Positions 49,224 to 60,790 are shown, numbered from the stretch's first letter. The stretch is DNA of 64,000 nucleotides from Glaucostegus cemiculus (GCA_976551045.1 CDPCPM010000077.1:1674001-1738000), one strand, 5' to 3'. Numbers and translations are program-made. Notes: a model not told the origin generated them from the sequence alone.

Positions 49224-49521
49224 GGCAGGCACAGTAGTGTAGCGGTTAGCATAACGCTATTACAGCGCCAGCGATCCGGGTTCAATTCCGGCCGCTGTCT
49301 GTAAGGAATTTGCATGTTCTCCCCGTGTCTGTGTTGGTTTCCTCTGGGTGCTCCAGTTTCCTCCCACATTCCAAAGACCTACGGGTTAGGAAGTTGTGGG
49401 CGTGCTGTGTTAGCACCGGAAGCGTGGCGACACTTGCGGGCTGCCCCCAAAACACTCTACGCAAAAGATGCATTTCACTGTGTGTTTCTACGTACATGTG
49501 ACTAATAAATATACCTTATCT
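49224..49521 (+). mobile_element. Young full-length V-SINE with Rex1-like tail
   Basis: Pol III A box TAGTGTAGCGG 49235-49245, B box GGTTCAATTCC 49279-49289, V core, tail gcatttcactgtgtgtttctacgtacatgtgactaataaa. Confidence 0.92.
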
Positions 49522-49777
49522 CAAAGCTGGCGGATCCACTTGGATCAGCCAGAGGTGCAGCGTTCCATTCCAGTGATACGTCAGCCTCAGGGTAGGAGTT
49601 GCATGTGCTGATTGACTTCCCATAGAGTCCAACAGGTCAGTGCAGACTTGCTCAGGTTTACCCACTTGCCCAGCTGAGGCACCAGACCTTGCACAGGTTA
49701 CATCTGGCACAAATACAGATATCTCATTGAAATGAATGTGAAGGAGCAGCTGCTGCGAGAGTAGTAGGTACTTTGGA

Positions 49778-51345
49778 ATCGGTTTATTATTGTCACATGC
49801 ACCGAGATACAGTGAAAAGCTTGTCTTACATATCGTTCATACAGATCAATTCATTACACAGTGCATTGAGGTAGTACAAGGCAAAGCAATAGCAGAATGC
49901 AGGACAAAGTGTAATAGATACAGAGAAAGTGCATTGCGGGTAGACGATAAGGTGCAAAGTCATAATGAGGTAGATTGTGAGGTCAAGAGTCCATTTTATC
50001 CTATTAGGGAACCATTCAATTGTCTTATAACAATGGGATAGAAGCTGTCCTTGAGACTAGAGGTACATGCTTTCTGGATTTTGTACCTTCTGCCTAATGG
50101 AAGAGCAGAGAAGAGAGAATGTCCATGGTGGGTGGGTCTTTGATTACGCAGGCTGCTTTACTGAGGCAGCGAGAAGTGTAGACAGAGTCAGACAGGGGAG
50201 GCTAGTTTCTGTGATGTGCCAAGTATGCTGAGAGCAGTTGATGTACTGAGAGCAGTTGCCACAGTACATCAACCAATGTATTCGGATAGGATGCTTTCTA
50301 TGGTGTATTAATAAAAATTGGGAAAGGTCAACAGGGACATGCCAAATTTCTTTAGCCTCCTGAGGAACTGGAGGCACTGGTGAGCTTCCTTGACCATGGA
50401 GTCTTCATGGTTAGACCAGGACAGGCTATTGGTGATGGTCACTCCTGGGAACTTGAAGCTCTCAACCCTCTGGACCTCTGCACTATTAATGTAGACAGGA
50501 GCATGTGCACCGCCCCCCTTCCTGAAGTCAATGACCAGCATTTTGTTTTGCTGAAATTGAGGGAAAGGTTGTCATGATACCATGTCACTAAGCTCTCTAT
50601 CTCCTTCCTGAACTCCGACATCGTTATTTGAGATATGGCCTATTACGATGGTATCACCTGCAAATTTGTACCTGGAGTTAGAGCAGAATCTGGTCATGCA
50701 GTCATGAGTGTCTAGAGAGTAGAGTTAGGGGGTTGAGGACTCAGCCTTGTAGAGCACCATTGTTGAGAATAATCATGGTGGAGGTGTTGCTGCCTATCCT
50801 TAATGATTGCAGTCTGTTGGGTCAGGAAGTCAAGGATCCAGTTGCGGAGGAAGTTGTCAAGTCTCAGGTCTTGGAGTTTGGTGAAGAGTTTGCTTGGAAT
50901 TATAGTATTGAAAGCGGAGCTGTAGTCAATAAATAATAGTCTAATGTAGGTATTTTTACTGTCCAGATGCTCCAGAGGTGAGTGTAGGGCCAGGATGATG
51001 GCATCTGCTGTAGACCTGTTTCAGTGGTAGGCGAATTGCAGTGGGTTGAGGTTGTCTGGGTGGCTGGAGTTAATGCGTGCCATGACCAGCCTCTCGAAGC
51101 AGTTCATGATAGTGGATGTCAGAGCCACCGGGCGTAGTCATTAAGGCACGTTACCTTGTTTTTCTTAGGTACCAGGATGATAGTGGTCTTCTTAAAGTGG
51201 GTGGGAACCTCAGATTGAAGCAGGGAGAGGTTAAAAATGTCTGCAAATACCCCTGTGAGCTGATCAGCACAGGATCTAAGTATACAGCCAAGGACACCAT
51301 CTAGGCCAGATGCTTACCACAGGTTCACTCTCTGGAGGACTGATT
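49778..51345 (-). mobile_element. Rex1/Babar LINE, 5'-truncated ~1.55 kb, decayed
   Basis: LVIDFRKGGGAHAPVYIN.AEVQRVESFKF.GVTITNSLSWSNH..LRRLKKFGMS; upstream LNDYARWL (ancestral LNDYRPVAL); colinear with 20013-21321. Confidence 0.93.
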
Positions 51346-51469
51346 AATTGATTTAATCCAGTTGGTTTAAATTTAATTATTTCTGTATTCTTTAGTTGTT
51401 ACATTTTACTTTAAGGAACTGTATTTGTATTAATTTTGTATTCATTGTCTTCAATAGTTTTTGAGTTAT

Positions 51470-52085
51470 GTGAATGTTGGACAAACAGGTTGTTTTCTCT
51501 GGACCATTGGAGGTTGTGGGGAGACCTGACTGAAGATTATAAAATTATGAGAGGCATAGTTAGCGTAGACAATCGGAATCTTTCTCCCAGGGTTGAAATG
51601 TCAAATACTAGAGGACATGAATTTCAGGTGAGAGGGGGATAGTTTAAGGGAGGTGGGGCAATTTTTTTTACACAGAGAGTGATAGTCAAAGTCAAGTTTA
51701 TTGTCATATGCACAAGTTCACATATGCACAGGTGTGATGAAAAACTTGTTTACAGCAGCATCACCGGCACATAGCATCAGATACACAACATTCACAAGAA
51801 AATCATAAATTATACACAACCTTTACAGGAAAGATCACAAGTAGAACAAAAAAAGAAGTCCATTGTTGTGCAAACTGCCTGGAACGGGGTAGCGGTGGAA
51901 GCAGATATGATAGTGGTCTTTAATGGGCTTCTAGATAGACAGATTAAGATAGATCTAGATAGCAGGGTCTGGAAGGATATGGATCATGTGCAGGCAGAAG
52001 AGATTTAGTTTAATTTGGCATTGTGTTCAGCACAGACATCATGGGCCAAAGGGCCTGTTCCCGTGCTGTACTGTTCGATGTCCTA
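51470..52085 (+). mobile_element. CR1 3' fragment interrupted by an antisense Rex-type tail (~51685-51872)
   Basis: LFSLDHWRLWGDLTEDYKIMRG..NTRGHEFQVRGG; tttttacacagagagtgatag resumes as tgcctggaac after an insert similar to 10184-10380. Confidence 0.8.
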
Positions 52086-52744
52086 ATGTTAAAGATCAAT
52101 CTAGTAATGGCTGTGAAAGACAGTGGGCCTGAGGACAAGGCCTTACTGTCTGGGAGCGTAGCCTGCAACTTGTGCTCTGAGAGGGGCCTTGCCAATCAAC
52201 CAGGGGGTCACCCTCTCAGAGGACGACTGTGCTGGAAGGTGGATTGTGGTCCACGGACAAGTGTGAAGCGACCTCAGGTAGCTCAGCGGTCAGCAGGAAA
52301 TCATTAAACACTAATGCTTGGTTGCAATTGGACTTGCACCCGTAGGCAAGTCTGTCAGTGTGAGATCAGGCAGTCTAATGAAATGTGACAGGTCCAGTGT
52401 TCTGGAGAACTGGCACCACATTTGAATTAAAATGTGAAAGTCAAAATTACAATCAAAATATTTAAAGTAATAAGTTCAACTTCACACATGAAAAATAGAA
52501 CAGGAAACATACCCATCAACCTGAAAATAATAATCCAAGTGAAGGCACTTCATCCGTCCCCTCGCTGCTTGTCCCTGTGTCTCCATGGTAACCATTTCCC
52601 TACACCGACCACTCCCACTCATTTATACAAACATGCCCCTCCCTTACTGTATTTGCTATTTAACAAGTCCATCTCCACTTATATTTCTGCTCTGCTAAGA
52701 ACTCACTCTGTCATTCTTCAATGCTCTAATGGTACTTGAAAATG

Positions 52745-53375
52745 GAAAAAAAAATGCAGATGCTGGAAATCTAAAATAAAACCAGAAAGTGCTGGAAATA
52801 CTCAGCAGGTCAGGCCACACCTGTGGGAAGAGGAACAGAGTTAATGTTTCAGGTCAAAGACCCTTCATCAGAATTGTGAAAGAGATAAAAGAACCTTGTT
52901 AATTGCAGGACAGGTGGGGAAGGAGGGTAAAACCATGGGGATAAGCTGTAAACAAGGTTATCTGGTCAATGAGTGAATGGGAGCAAATAGAGAGCAGGGG
53001 ACATTGACAAAAGAATGTAGGAGTTGCAAAATGCAGAGCAGGAAGATGTGCCCGGCAGTTCAGGCTGGGTATGTCCTCCACTTCCAGTGCAAATAAAAAG
53101 GGAAAAAAAGGGAGCAAAAAAACAAACAAGCCGAGCCAATATCACAGACAGATGACTGATACTGTCAGAAATCAAGTTACCTGAAGTTGTAGAATTTCAT
53201 GGTGAGTTGAGAAGGCTGTATCGAACCCAGGTGGAAGATGAGGTGCTGTTCCAGAAGCTAGCCTTGGACCTCATTGTAACAGTTCACGAAAGCATAGACT
53301 GATAGGTCAAAGTGAGAGTGAAGGTGTTGGGTAACAGGAAGCTCAGGGTCACTCCTACAGACTGAATGTAGGTAC
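52745..53375 (-). mobile_element. Penelope 3' fragment (ORF end, UTR, hammerhead, pLTR tail)
   Basis: Minus strand EQHLIFHLGSIQPSQLTMKFYNFR* (~53177-53252), then UTR and pLTR ctgacctgctgagtatttccagca..atttccagcatctgca. Confidence 0.85.
52839..52875 (-). ncRNA. Hammerhead ribozyme motif (core and stem II intact, stems I and III decayed)
   Basis: Minus strand AATT CTGATGA A GGGTC TTT GACCT GAAAC ATT AACT. Confidence 0.6.
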
Positions 53376-53494
53376 TTGATTTTTGCTTTCCTCTATTATA
53401 TCAGTGATTGCATCTGACAAGTTGTTTACTCTGAAAGGGACACAAAAGGTGCTATATAGATCCAAGACCTTTTCAGTTTACTCAGTGTTCTTTT

Positions 53495-54300
53495 ACGTTA
53501 GAACATAAGTAAACAGAGCAGGAGTAGGCTATATGGCTCTTCAAACCTGCTCCACCATTCACCGAGAACATAACGGATCTTCCACCTCAGTGTCATTTTC
53601 CAACACTATCTCCATATCCTTTGATTCTCTTATTGCCCAGAAATCATTCTCAATGAACTGACTGACTGGACTTCCATAACTGTCTGGGATAGAGAATTTC
53701 AAAGGCTCACCACCTTCTGAGTGAAGAAGTATCTCCTCATCTCAATCCTAAACAGTTTGTCCCTTATTTACAAACTGCTACCTGGGTCTAGACTCCTCAG
53801 TCAGGGGAAAACACCCTTCCTGCATCAAACTTGTCAAACCCTTTTAACAATTTCAATGATATCTTCTCTCATGTTTTTTTAAAACTAAAGAATGCAGTCC
53901 ATGTATACTCATCTTTCCTCATATGGCAAACCTGCCATCCCTGGTACCAGTCCAATAAACCTTCACCTAAGTCCCTCTGCTCCCTTTTTTGTTTCCTTTT
54001 TTTTGCTGTGGAAATGGAGGACATACACAGGCTGACCTGCTGGGCATGTCTTCCTGCTCTGCATTTTGCAGTTCCTACATTCTTTTGTCAATGTCCCCAC
54101 TCTCTATTTGCTCCCATTCACTCATTGACCAGATAAACCTTGATTACAGCTTATCCCCATGGGTTTACCCTCCTTCCCCACCTGCCCTGCAGTTAACAAG
54201 CTTCTTTTGTCCCTTTCCTAGTTCTGACGAAAGGTCTTCCATTCCACGTAAAGAGACAAAAACTATCCACAATACTCCAGGTGCAGTCTTACCATTTCAT
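53495..54300 (-). mobile_element. Old CR1 3' fragment containing an inverted copy of nearby Penelope UTR (53979-54238)
   Basis: Tail agaacataag..gagcaggagtaggc..; ctgggatagagaatttcaaagg; CR1 resumes after 54240 with aactatccacaatactccaggtgcagtcttacca. Confidence 0.7.
53979..54238 (+). repeat. Inverted duplicate of 52857-53115
   Basis: For example, ctctctatttgctcccattcactcattgaccagataa and tacagcttatccccatgg are exact reverse complements of segments in 52933-52994. Confidence 0.9.
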
Positions 54301-55440
54301 AAGACGTTAGAGCAGAAATAGACCGTGCAGGCCCTCATGACTGATCTTGCCTAATTCCAGTAACCCTTGATTCCTATAAAGTCTAAGAATCTATTCAACT
54401 GACCCAGTCTCCATCTCTCTCGGGCCTTCAAAAATTCCAAACACATACAAGTCCTTGAAAAGAACCCCTGCCTCACCTAAGTGATAAATAGTCAACTCCT
54501 TTTGCTGAGAAAGCTCCCTAGCTCTGTGGAAAAACCTCAGACCGTTGATCCTACCACCCTCTCTCCCTTCACTACACCAAGACACGTATTTCAAGGGGAT
54601 TGTGTCCCATTCCTCTAAACTCTCCCGAGTTTCCTCACTTGATCGTCTGCATCTTTCCCTATACCACCCTCTCCCATTGGCTTCTCCTCCATCTCCTTGC
54701 CCCTCCTCCTGCTCCCTTTTCCATCTGCTTCCATTCTTGCTCTATGAACATTCGGACACAAACAGCAGCTTTCACTGAAGATTGATTTGTTTTCTGTTGA
54801 TCTATCATTAGCCGATTGCAACAATACAGAAGGTACTATTCCAATGGGATTTGATGCTGTGAAAGTGTTTTTGAATGTAATTTCTAGCTTGTTATTTTAT
54901 CAATTACTATTTAACAAAAATGCCCAGCATGTTTACATATTAATTACCTTTTTCATTCACACTAAATTAAAGAATGCTCCACAAATGCCCAGAAGATTTA
55001 TATCCTATTAAATAGCAATATGTAATTAGTGCAACAAATAAGAATAACACCTTGAAACATTACAACTTATCTTACGAATGGGAACTGTAAAGTATTTATT
55101 TGCGTAAAGATTAAAAAAAACATTGAAACTGTTTGTCAGTTGTATTCCATTTATATCGTTGGTAAAAAAAAAACTCACCGGTGGATTAACATGGCATATC
55201 GCAATGAAACTGAAACTGAAAAATAAATTTGACTTACTAATCCTATTTTTTGTTTATGTCATTGGCCCATGACATTTGGTTCAATGCCAATTCCCTCATG
55301 CTAGTCTTTTGGAGGTACAGGTATATCTCTCACTGACAATCCACTGTGAATCCTCTTCTTGTACTGCCGTTTCTACCATACCGCTTACTGATGTGAACGC
55401 TTATCAGCTGCCACATTGAAGGACGTGGGAAAGGGTTTGA

Positions 55441-55612
55441 GCAGGTCAGGCAGCATCTATGGAGAGAAATAAACAGTTGATGCTTCATCAGGTCTCGACC
55501 CAAAATATCGACTGTTTATTTCTCTCCATAGATTCTGCCTGACCTGCTGAGTTCCTCCAGCATTTTGTGTGTGTTGCTCCAGATTCCAGCATTTGCAGAA
55601 TCTCTTGTGTCT
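55441..55612. mobile_element. Fold-back Penelope pLTR mini-element
   Basis: gcaggtcaggcagcatctatggagagaaataaacagt (55441-55477) pairs with actgtttatttctctccatagattctgcctgacctgc (55511-55547); apex cttcatcag/gtctcgaccc. TSD aaagggtttga at 55430-55440 and 55616-55626. Confidence 0.85.
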
Positions 55613-56233
55613 GGAAAAGGGTTTGATGGTCCACTCAGCCTCTGACACTTTATTAGCCCATTTTACCTCTGGCTACATTACTAATGTAAATCCAACTGAG
55701 AATAAATTTATATGAAGAGTTTATCATTTGATTGGGAGGCCAAAACACTTCATTATCTTTTATTGCCCTTTGCATTTCCCACTGCAAATTGCAAAATAAT
55801 GGACACATTATTTATATTAGTTTTTTTATTATATGTGTTCAGCAGGAATTATCACTTTGATTCATCTTTCAACACCTTGTTTAAAAATAGCATTTCAAGT
55901 TTAAGGTGATCAGTTGGAATAATGTGCAAGATCTGGTGAGATAGTCATGTTCTATTGTACTGTATCCCTATTTAGTTTCAAGGAAAATAGTTTGATACAG
56001 ACAGGAATGTTGAAGAGATTCGTGGACTTATTCCCTCCAGGGTAACGCCAGGCAGGGGACATAAAAGATTGGACTAAAAAATCTTAGTTTGTCTGACTCT
56101 GAATTCCAATGGTAATATTGAGAATATAATTAGCTTTGTAAGTCCTATTTTAAAAGAAAGAAAATGCTCAGTTTGAAAGCTGACAGAAAATCTTTCGGTG
56201 CTCAAAAACAGTTAATGACCTTTCTTCTTAAAG

Positions 56234-56497
56234 GTATGAAACGGCCATTAAGTCCTCCTCTGCCTCCTGAAAGTGGTGATGCAGATGCTTCCTTGGTGAA
56301 CGAGGATGTCACGGAGTTGCAATCTGTTACCACAGACAGCGCACAGAAGCGAGAAAGAAAACTCCAGACTTTCACTCTTTGTGGGGTTTGTAACATTCAG
56401 CTCAACTCTGCCGCTCAGGCCCAGATCCACTACAATGGCAAATCCCACCAAAAACGACTTAAAAAGCTTCATAATGGAAAAATGCCCACAAGCCAAG
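56234..56497 (+). CDS. ZNF385C: Coding exon of a ZNF385-family RNA-binding zinc finger gene, most like ZNF385C (first matrin/U1-type finger)
   Basis: Acceptor ...atgacctttcttcttaaAG|GT ATG at 56232-56233 and donor CAAG|GTAAGG at 56498; 264 nt, phase 1-1. Translation MKRPLSPPLPPES...KRERKLQTFTLCGVCNIQLNSAAQAQIHYNGKSHQKRLKKL contains C-x2-C-x12-H-x5-H. The MKRPLSPP start and KRERK..TLC.VCNIQLNSAAQAQ.H match my recollection of the long ZNF385C isoform. Family assignment is firm; the paralogue is less certain. Confidence 0.85.
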
Positions 56498-57235
56498 GTA
56501 AGGTTGGAATGAGGTGTGCTGAGAAAAAGGGGTTTCCCATAAACCAGTACATCTGGTTCATCCTTTAACAAAAGCAACCCAATTAGGTGAACTACTCACA
56601 GAGAGAAATAAGGTTCATTGTCATGGTATTAATCATGTGTGTGAGAAGGGGAGTTATCCCTGTTGATGACTTATTGCTTGTCCAGGAAAGATTACTCTTA
56701 AAGGATCCATTATGGCTAATTGTTAAGTTTACGTTATCCTTTGGAAAGAAGGGAGTTTTGAGCATTAACTGTGAACAGGGATGGAAAACATCGATTACAC
56801 CTCTAGGCTCACATCTGCCTCTGAAACAAGATGTCACTCCTTTGCATGAGAGGCTGGCTACTTCCCATCTCTGCCATGTCTCTGTTCTAAGAAATGGCCA
56901 TGAGTTTCTTTATAGTTCATCCTTCTCCATGACTCCAGTAGCAGAATGATGCTGTGAATTGGTTGATGCAGCAAGACCACCAATTGGGAATTCCCTGGCC
57001 ACTTCCGATTCTGAGATTTGTTATTTATTTGTCCACATACTGCCAAGGTTCCAAATCTGTGCTTTGAGAGAGGTAAGTGAGAAAATGTATTCACAGAATC
57101 TGACTTGTCACCACTGTCCAAAGGAAAGAAGGGGATAGGTAAACCACAGGCAGAGTCCCTGAGTGAACCATTTGGCCCAGGGAAAGTAAAGGAATTCACG
57201 TCAGCTTGGACTTTGCACTGTTGTATTACAATACA

Positions 57236-57515
57236 GGCATAGCGTCACGCTATTACAGTGCCAGCAACCAGGGTTCAATTCTAGCCGCTGTCTGTAAGAA
57301 GTTTGTATGTTCTCCCCATGTCTGCGTGGGTTTCCTCCGGGTGCTCAGGTTTCCTCCCACATTCCAAAGACATACGGGTTAGGAAATTTTGGCCATGCTA
57401 TGTTGGCACCAGAAGTGTGGCGACACTTGCAGGCTGCCCCCAGAACACTCTATGCAAAAGATGCATTTCACTGTGTGTTTGGATGAACATGTGACTAATA
57501 AAGAAATCTTATCTT
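57236..57515 (+). mobile_element. Young V-SINE with Rex1-like tail
   Basis: Same as 49224-49521 with a short deletion in the head. Confidence 0.9.
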
Positions 57516-57724
57516 TGAGCATTGAGCTTTACCTTTCTGGAACCTAGCATGTGGGAGTCAATGAATAAAAATAAGTTTATTTTATTCATTATTTCTTATT
57601 TTTCAACATGTGCTGTATTGACAGAAGATAAAATTGGATGAAACCTGGATTAGGCATTATGAAGATAATTTTGTGGAATTGGGTATTGCTCATGATGACC
57701 ACTGGTGTAGGAACTTCACAGGAA

Positions 57725-58022
57725 CAGAATCTTACTGCACAGAAATCAGCCCTTCATGCTGATCATCATGCACCCATTTACACTGATCCCATTTTTACTC
57801 TCCCCTCATCCCCACACTCTCCCCAGAGTCTACCACTCATCTGTACAGTTGAGGCAAATTACAATGGCCAATTAACTTGTCAGCTCTCGTGTCTTTTGCT
57901 TGTCGGAGGAAGCCCAGGCATTTTCTGGGGAAAACGTGCACATTCCACACAGACAGCATCAAAAGTCAGAACCCAGGTCACTGGAGCTGAGAGCAGCAGC
58001 TCTACTCCCTGTGTCACTCTGC
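57725..58022 (-). mobile_element. Old V-SINE
   Basis: cattccacacagacagcatc..gaacccaggtcactggagctgagagcagcagctctact is the reverse-complement head. Confidence 0.7.
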
Positions 58023-58169
58023 CATCTGCACTTTTAATTGCTATCCATTGGTACTTTGCTTTATCGTTGGTTTATAATCATTTGAGGTTTGTGTATTCTG
58101 CAAAAAAGGAAGAATTAAAATATTTTTTGTGGCGCTTAAACCTTTGTAAATTGTGGGCAACATCACATG

Positions 58170-58475
58170 GGCAGGCACGGTAGTGTAGCAGTTAGCAAAA
58201 CGCTATTACAGTGCCAGCGACCTGGGTTTAATTCCGGCTGCTGTCTGTAAGGAGTTTATACGTTCTCCCCGTGTCTGCGTGGGTTTCCTTTGGGTGCTCC
58301 GGTTTCCTCCCACACTCCAAAGACATACGGGTTAGGAAGTTGTGGGCGTGCTATGTTGACGCCGGAAGTGTGGCAACACTTACAGGCTGCCCCCAGAACA
58401 GTCAACACGAAAGGATGCATTTCAATGTGTGTTTCGATGGACATAACAAATAAAGATCTTATCTTATTGTCTTAT
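58170..58475 (+). mobile_element. Young full-length V-SINE with Rex1-like tail
   Basis: ggcaggcacggtagtgtagcagttagc..gggtttaattcc..V core..gcatttcaatgtgtgtttcgatggacataacaaataaagatcttatcttat. Confidence 0.9.
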
Positions 58476-60521
58476 GATCAATACCATGTCATGAAACCTC
58501 CATGTCCACTTCTAACCAGAACAGTCTGTCAGACTGTGGAACACGACTACAAGATTTTGCACTTGCCATTTCCCACAGTTAGGTCTTTTTATTACACTGT
58601 GCCTCAGCTATGCCTCTTGAAGCTGCACATTCTCATCTCCTGTTAGAGGTGGAGCATAACTCGCCAGCTCAGCCAGCCAGAACCATGTTATTTGTTTCTC
58701 AATGTAAGAAAAAATATGGCTATTTAAAAATAAATACACACTCTAACGACTTGTTTGATTCAGTTTATGCATTTCTTTGAATACTATTACAGTTAGATGA
58801 CTGATTCCCCTGTACAGACCTCGTCCAGAATCCGTTTACTTTAGAAATAAACATTCAGGCAGCCCAAATGCTTTGTCTAATAATATCAACTCTCAATTTT
58901 GCCCTTTGTTTGCTGATTTGTATGGCTTGTAAATATTTAAACACATTTTCACTGGAGATTTTGACCATTTAAGGGGACAATTTACTAATCTGCATGCAAT
59001 ATCTCTTTTGAAATGTACTTAAGGTTGCTTGTTAATTGATTTGAACATAGGTGAGATTTTGTAGTTTAACTGTTCTAAACATGATAGTGTGCCTTTGGCA
59101 ATTTCACCAGTTGAATGCTTAATTCATTTTTCTGCCTGTAACTTTAATGAAAGTGTTTACCCATTGAAAATAAATTCGCTGTTAAAATGTGCACATATTA
59201 TAGGAATGTGTTTGGGAAATAGGCTAAATCATACTACCTGTGGCTGGCAATTCTGAAGGGAATTGTATACATTTATCCATTCCCGTTCCGGTGAATTCTG
59301 GACTTGTGCTGTCCTGTAGCAAGTTCTGGACTTAGATAAACAGATGCCACTTCTGTGCTCTGCAGAGTTCCCAGATTTGTCGGGTTTACTCAACATTATC
59401 CTGGGGAAACTGCTTCTCTGATTACTGGAGTGGAGATGCCACTCATTTTACTGGGATTTCTCAGCCTGAACAATGGGCAAGGAGATTTTAAGTTATGTTA
59501 CTTTGACATGTAGGCTGGTTTGAAGTCGTTTCTTGAGATGGGCATTCAGTGCTGGGACCCATGCATGCGTCAACATTGTAATGCACAGCAATGAATTTTG
59601 AACTGGATCCAAAATATTCTACACCCATTCATTTAAATGTGCGCGAGCAGCAAGGTTGTTTTATGTCCAAAATAGACTGTCGGTTGTTAAATTGTTTCAA
59701 ATTTTGCAGCACGATTTTTGTTTTTATTCACCCACATTCTGGCCCCTTGATCATCTGTTCAGGAGATAGCAATTTTCTTCTGAATCCTGTTCATTAGCAA
59801 TCACATCCAAACTGCACAAGATTGCATATTACTGAAATGACGCCATGCAATAAATGTTTCATAAATCACATATTTGAGTTTGTGTCTTCATTTATTCTCT
59901 ACGATAATTATAATGAGCTGCAGCAATTGATTTTTTCCCCTTACGCAAAATGATCCTTTTAATTAGAATTATCAAGCAAACACATTAACCAGATTTTGCT
60001 ATGCATGTTTTTACTCAGTCTGGAGATACTGACTATAAAAAAAAAGCACATTCAGAATAAAACAATTTATGAGTGCTTGAATTATTGCACTTTTCATAGA
60101 TTTTTGGTAATTGCATACACTGAATGATGTGACAAGTTGTGTCCAAGTTCAGTGGAATAGATTGCCATTATATTGAAGTGTTTGTTTAATAGACCTGATG
60201 GAAAGCACTGATTTCTTCCATGGCATTGATAATCTATTGACTCCAACAAACATTCACATCCAACTGATGTTCCTTTTATGTTTACCTTCGATGGCTCCAG
60301 CAAAAGGCCATAAACCATGTTCAAGGTCAGACCTTACTGGAATTTTTGGCTTCCTGCAAGTTCCAAATAAACCTGGCCAGTCACATTTGCAGTGGCTTAT
60401 CTGCAGAGCTGAGCTAGGAAGTGGCCCACCAAAATGGATGAAAGGTCAGCTGATAGAATTATTTTTTGGCCAGCAGGAGCATTTGTGTCCCATGAGAGCA
60501 GCTTACAGCTGATCCTTTAGA

Positions 60522-60790
60522 GGAGACACACAAGAGTGTGGATGCTGGAATCTGGAGCAAAAAAAACGAGCTACTGGAGGAATTCAATGCATTGGGGGGC
60601 AGTTGTGGAGGGAAATGGATAGTTTCGGGTCAAGACCCTTTCTCTAGACTAGGGTAGAGGGGAGATGGCCAGTGTAAAAAGCTAAGAGGGAGAGGCGTGG
60701 CAAGAGCTGGCAAACAATAGATGGGTCCAGGTGAGGAGGGATTGATTGGCAGATGGAGTGATGCGGCACAGTGAAGAGTGGAGACAGCAA
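60522..60790 (-). mobile_element. Decayed Penelope pLTR/UTR fragment
   Basis: gatgctggaatctggagc..ctggaggaattcaa..gtggagggaaatgga..gtttcgggtcaagaccctt: hammerhead stem II and GAAAC retained, CUGAUGA lost. Confidence 0.7.

Noticed and set aside
49224-49300. tRNA gene
   Set aside because: A and B boxes are present but run directly into the V-SINE core; this is a tRNA-derived SINE head, not a cloverleaf gene.
56164-56568. The whole 134-aa ORF as a single-exon gene
   Set aside because: Recognisable ZNF385 similarity is confined between the AG at 56233 and the GT at 56498; the extensions are intronic read-through.
57638-58183. 181-aa ORF with a signal-peptide-like N-terminus
   Set aside because: Most of it crosses an antisense decayed SINE; no recognisable domain or splice support.
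57303-58453. Repeated ~60-aa ORFs (SAWVSSGCSGFLPHSKD..) as a small gene family
   Set aside because: They are translations of V-SINE copies in either orientation.
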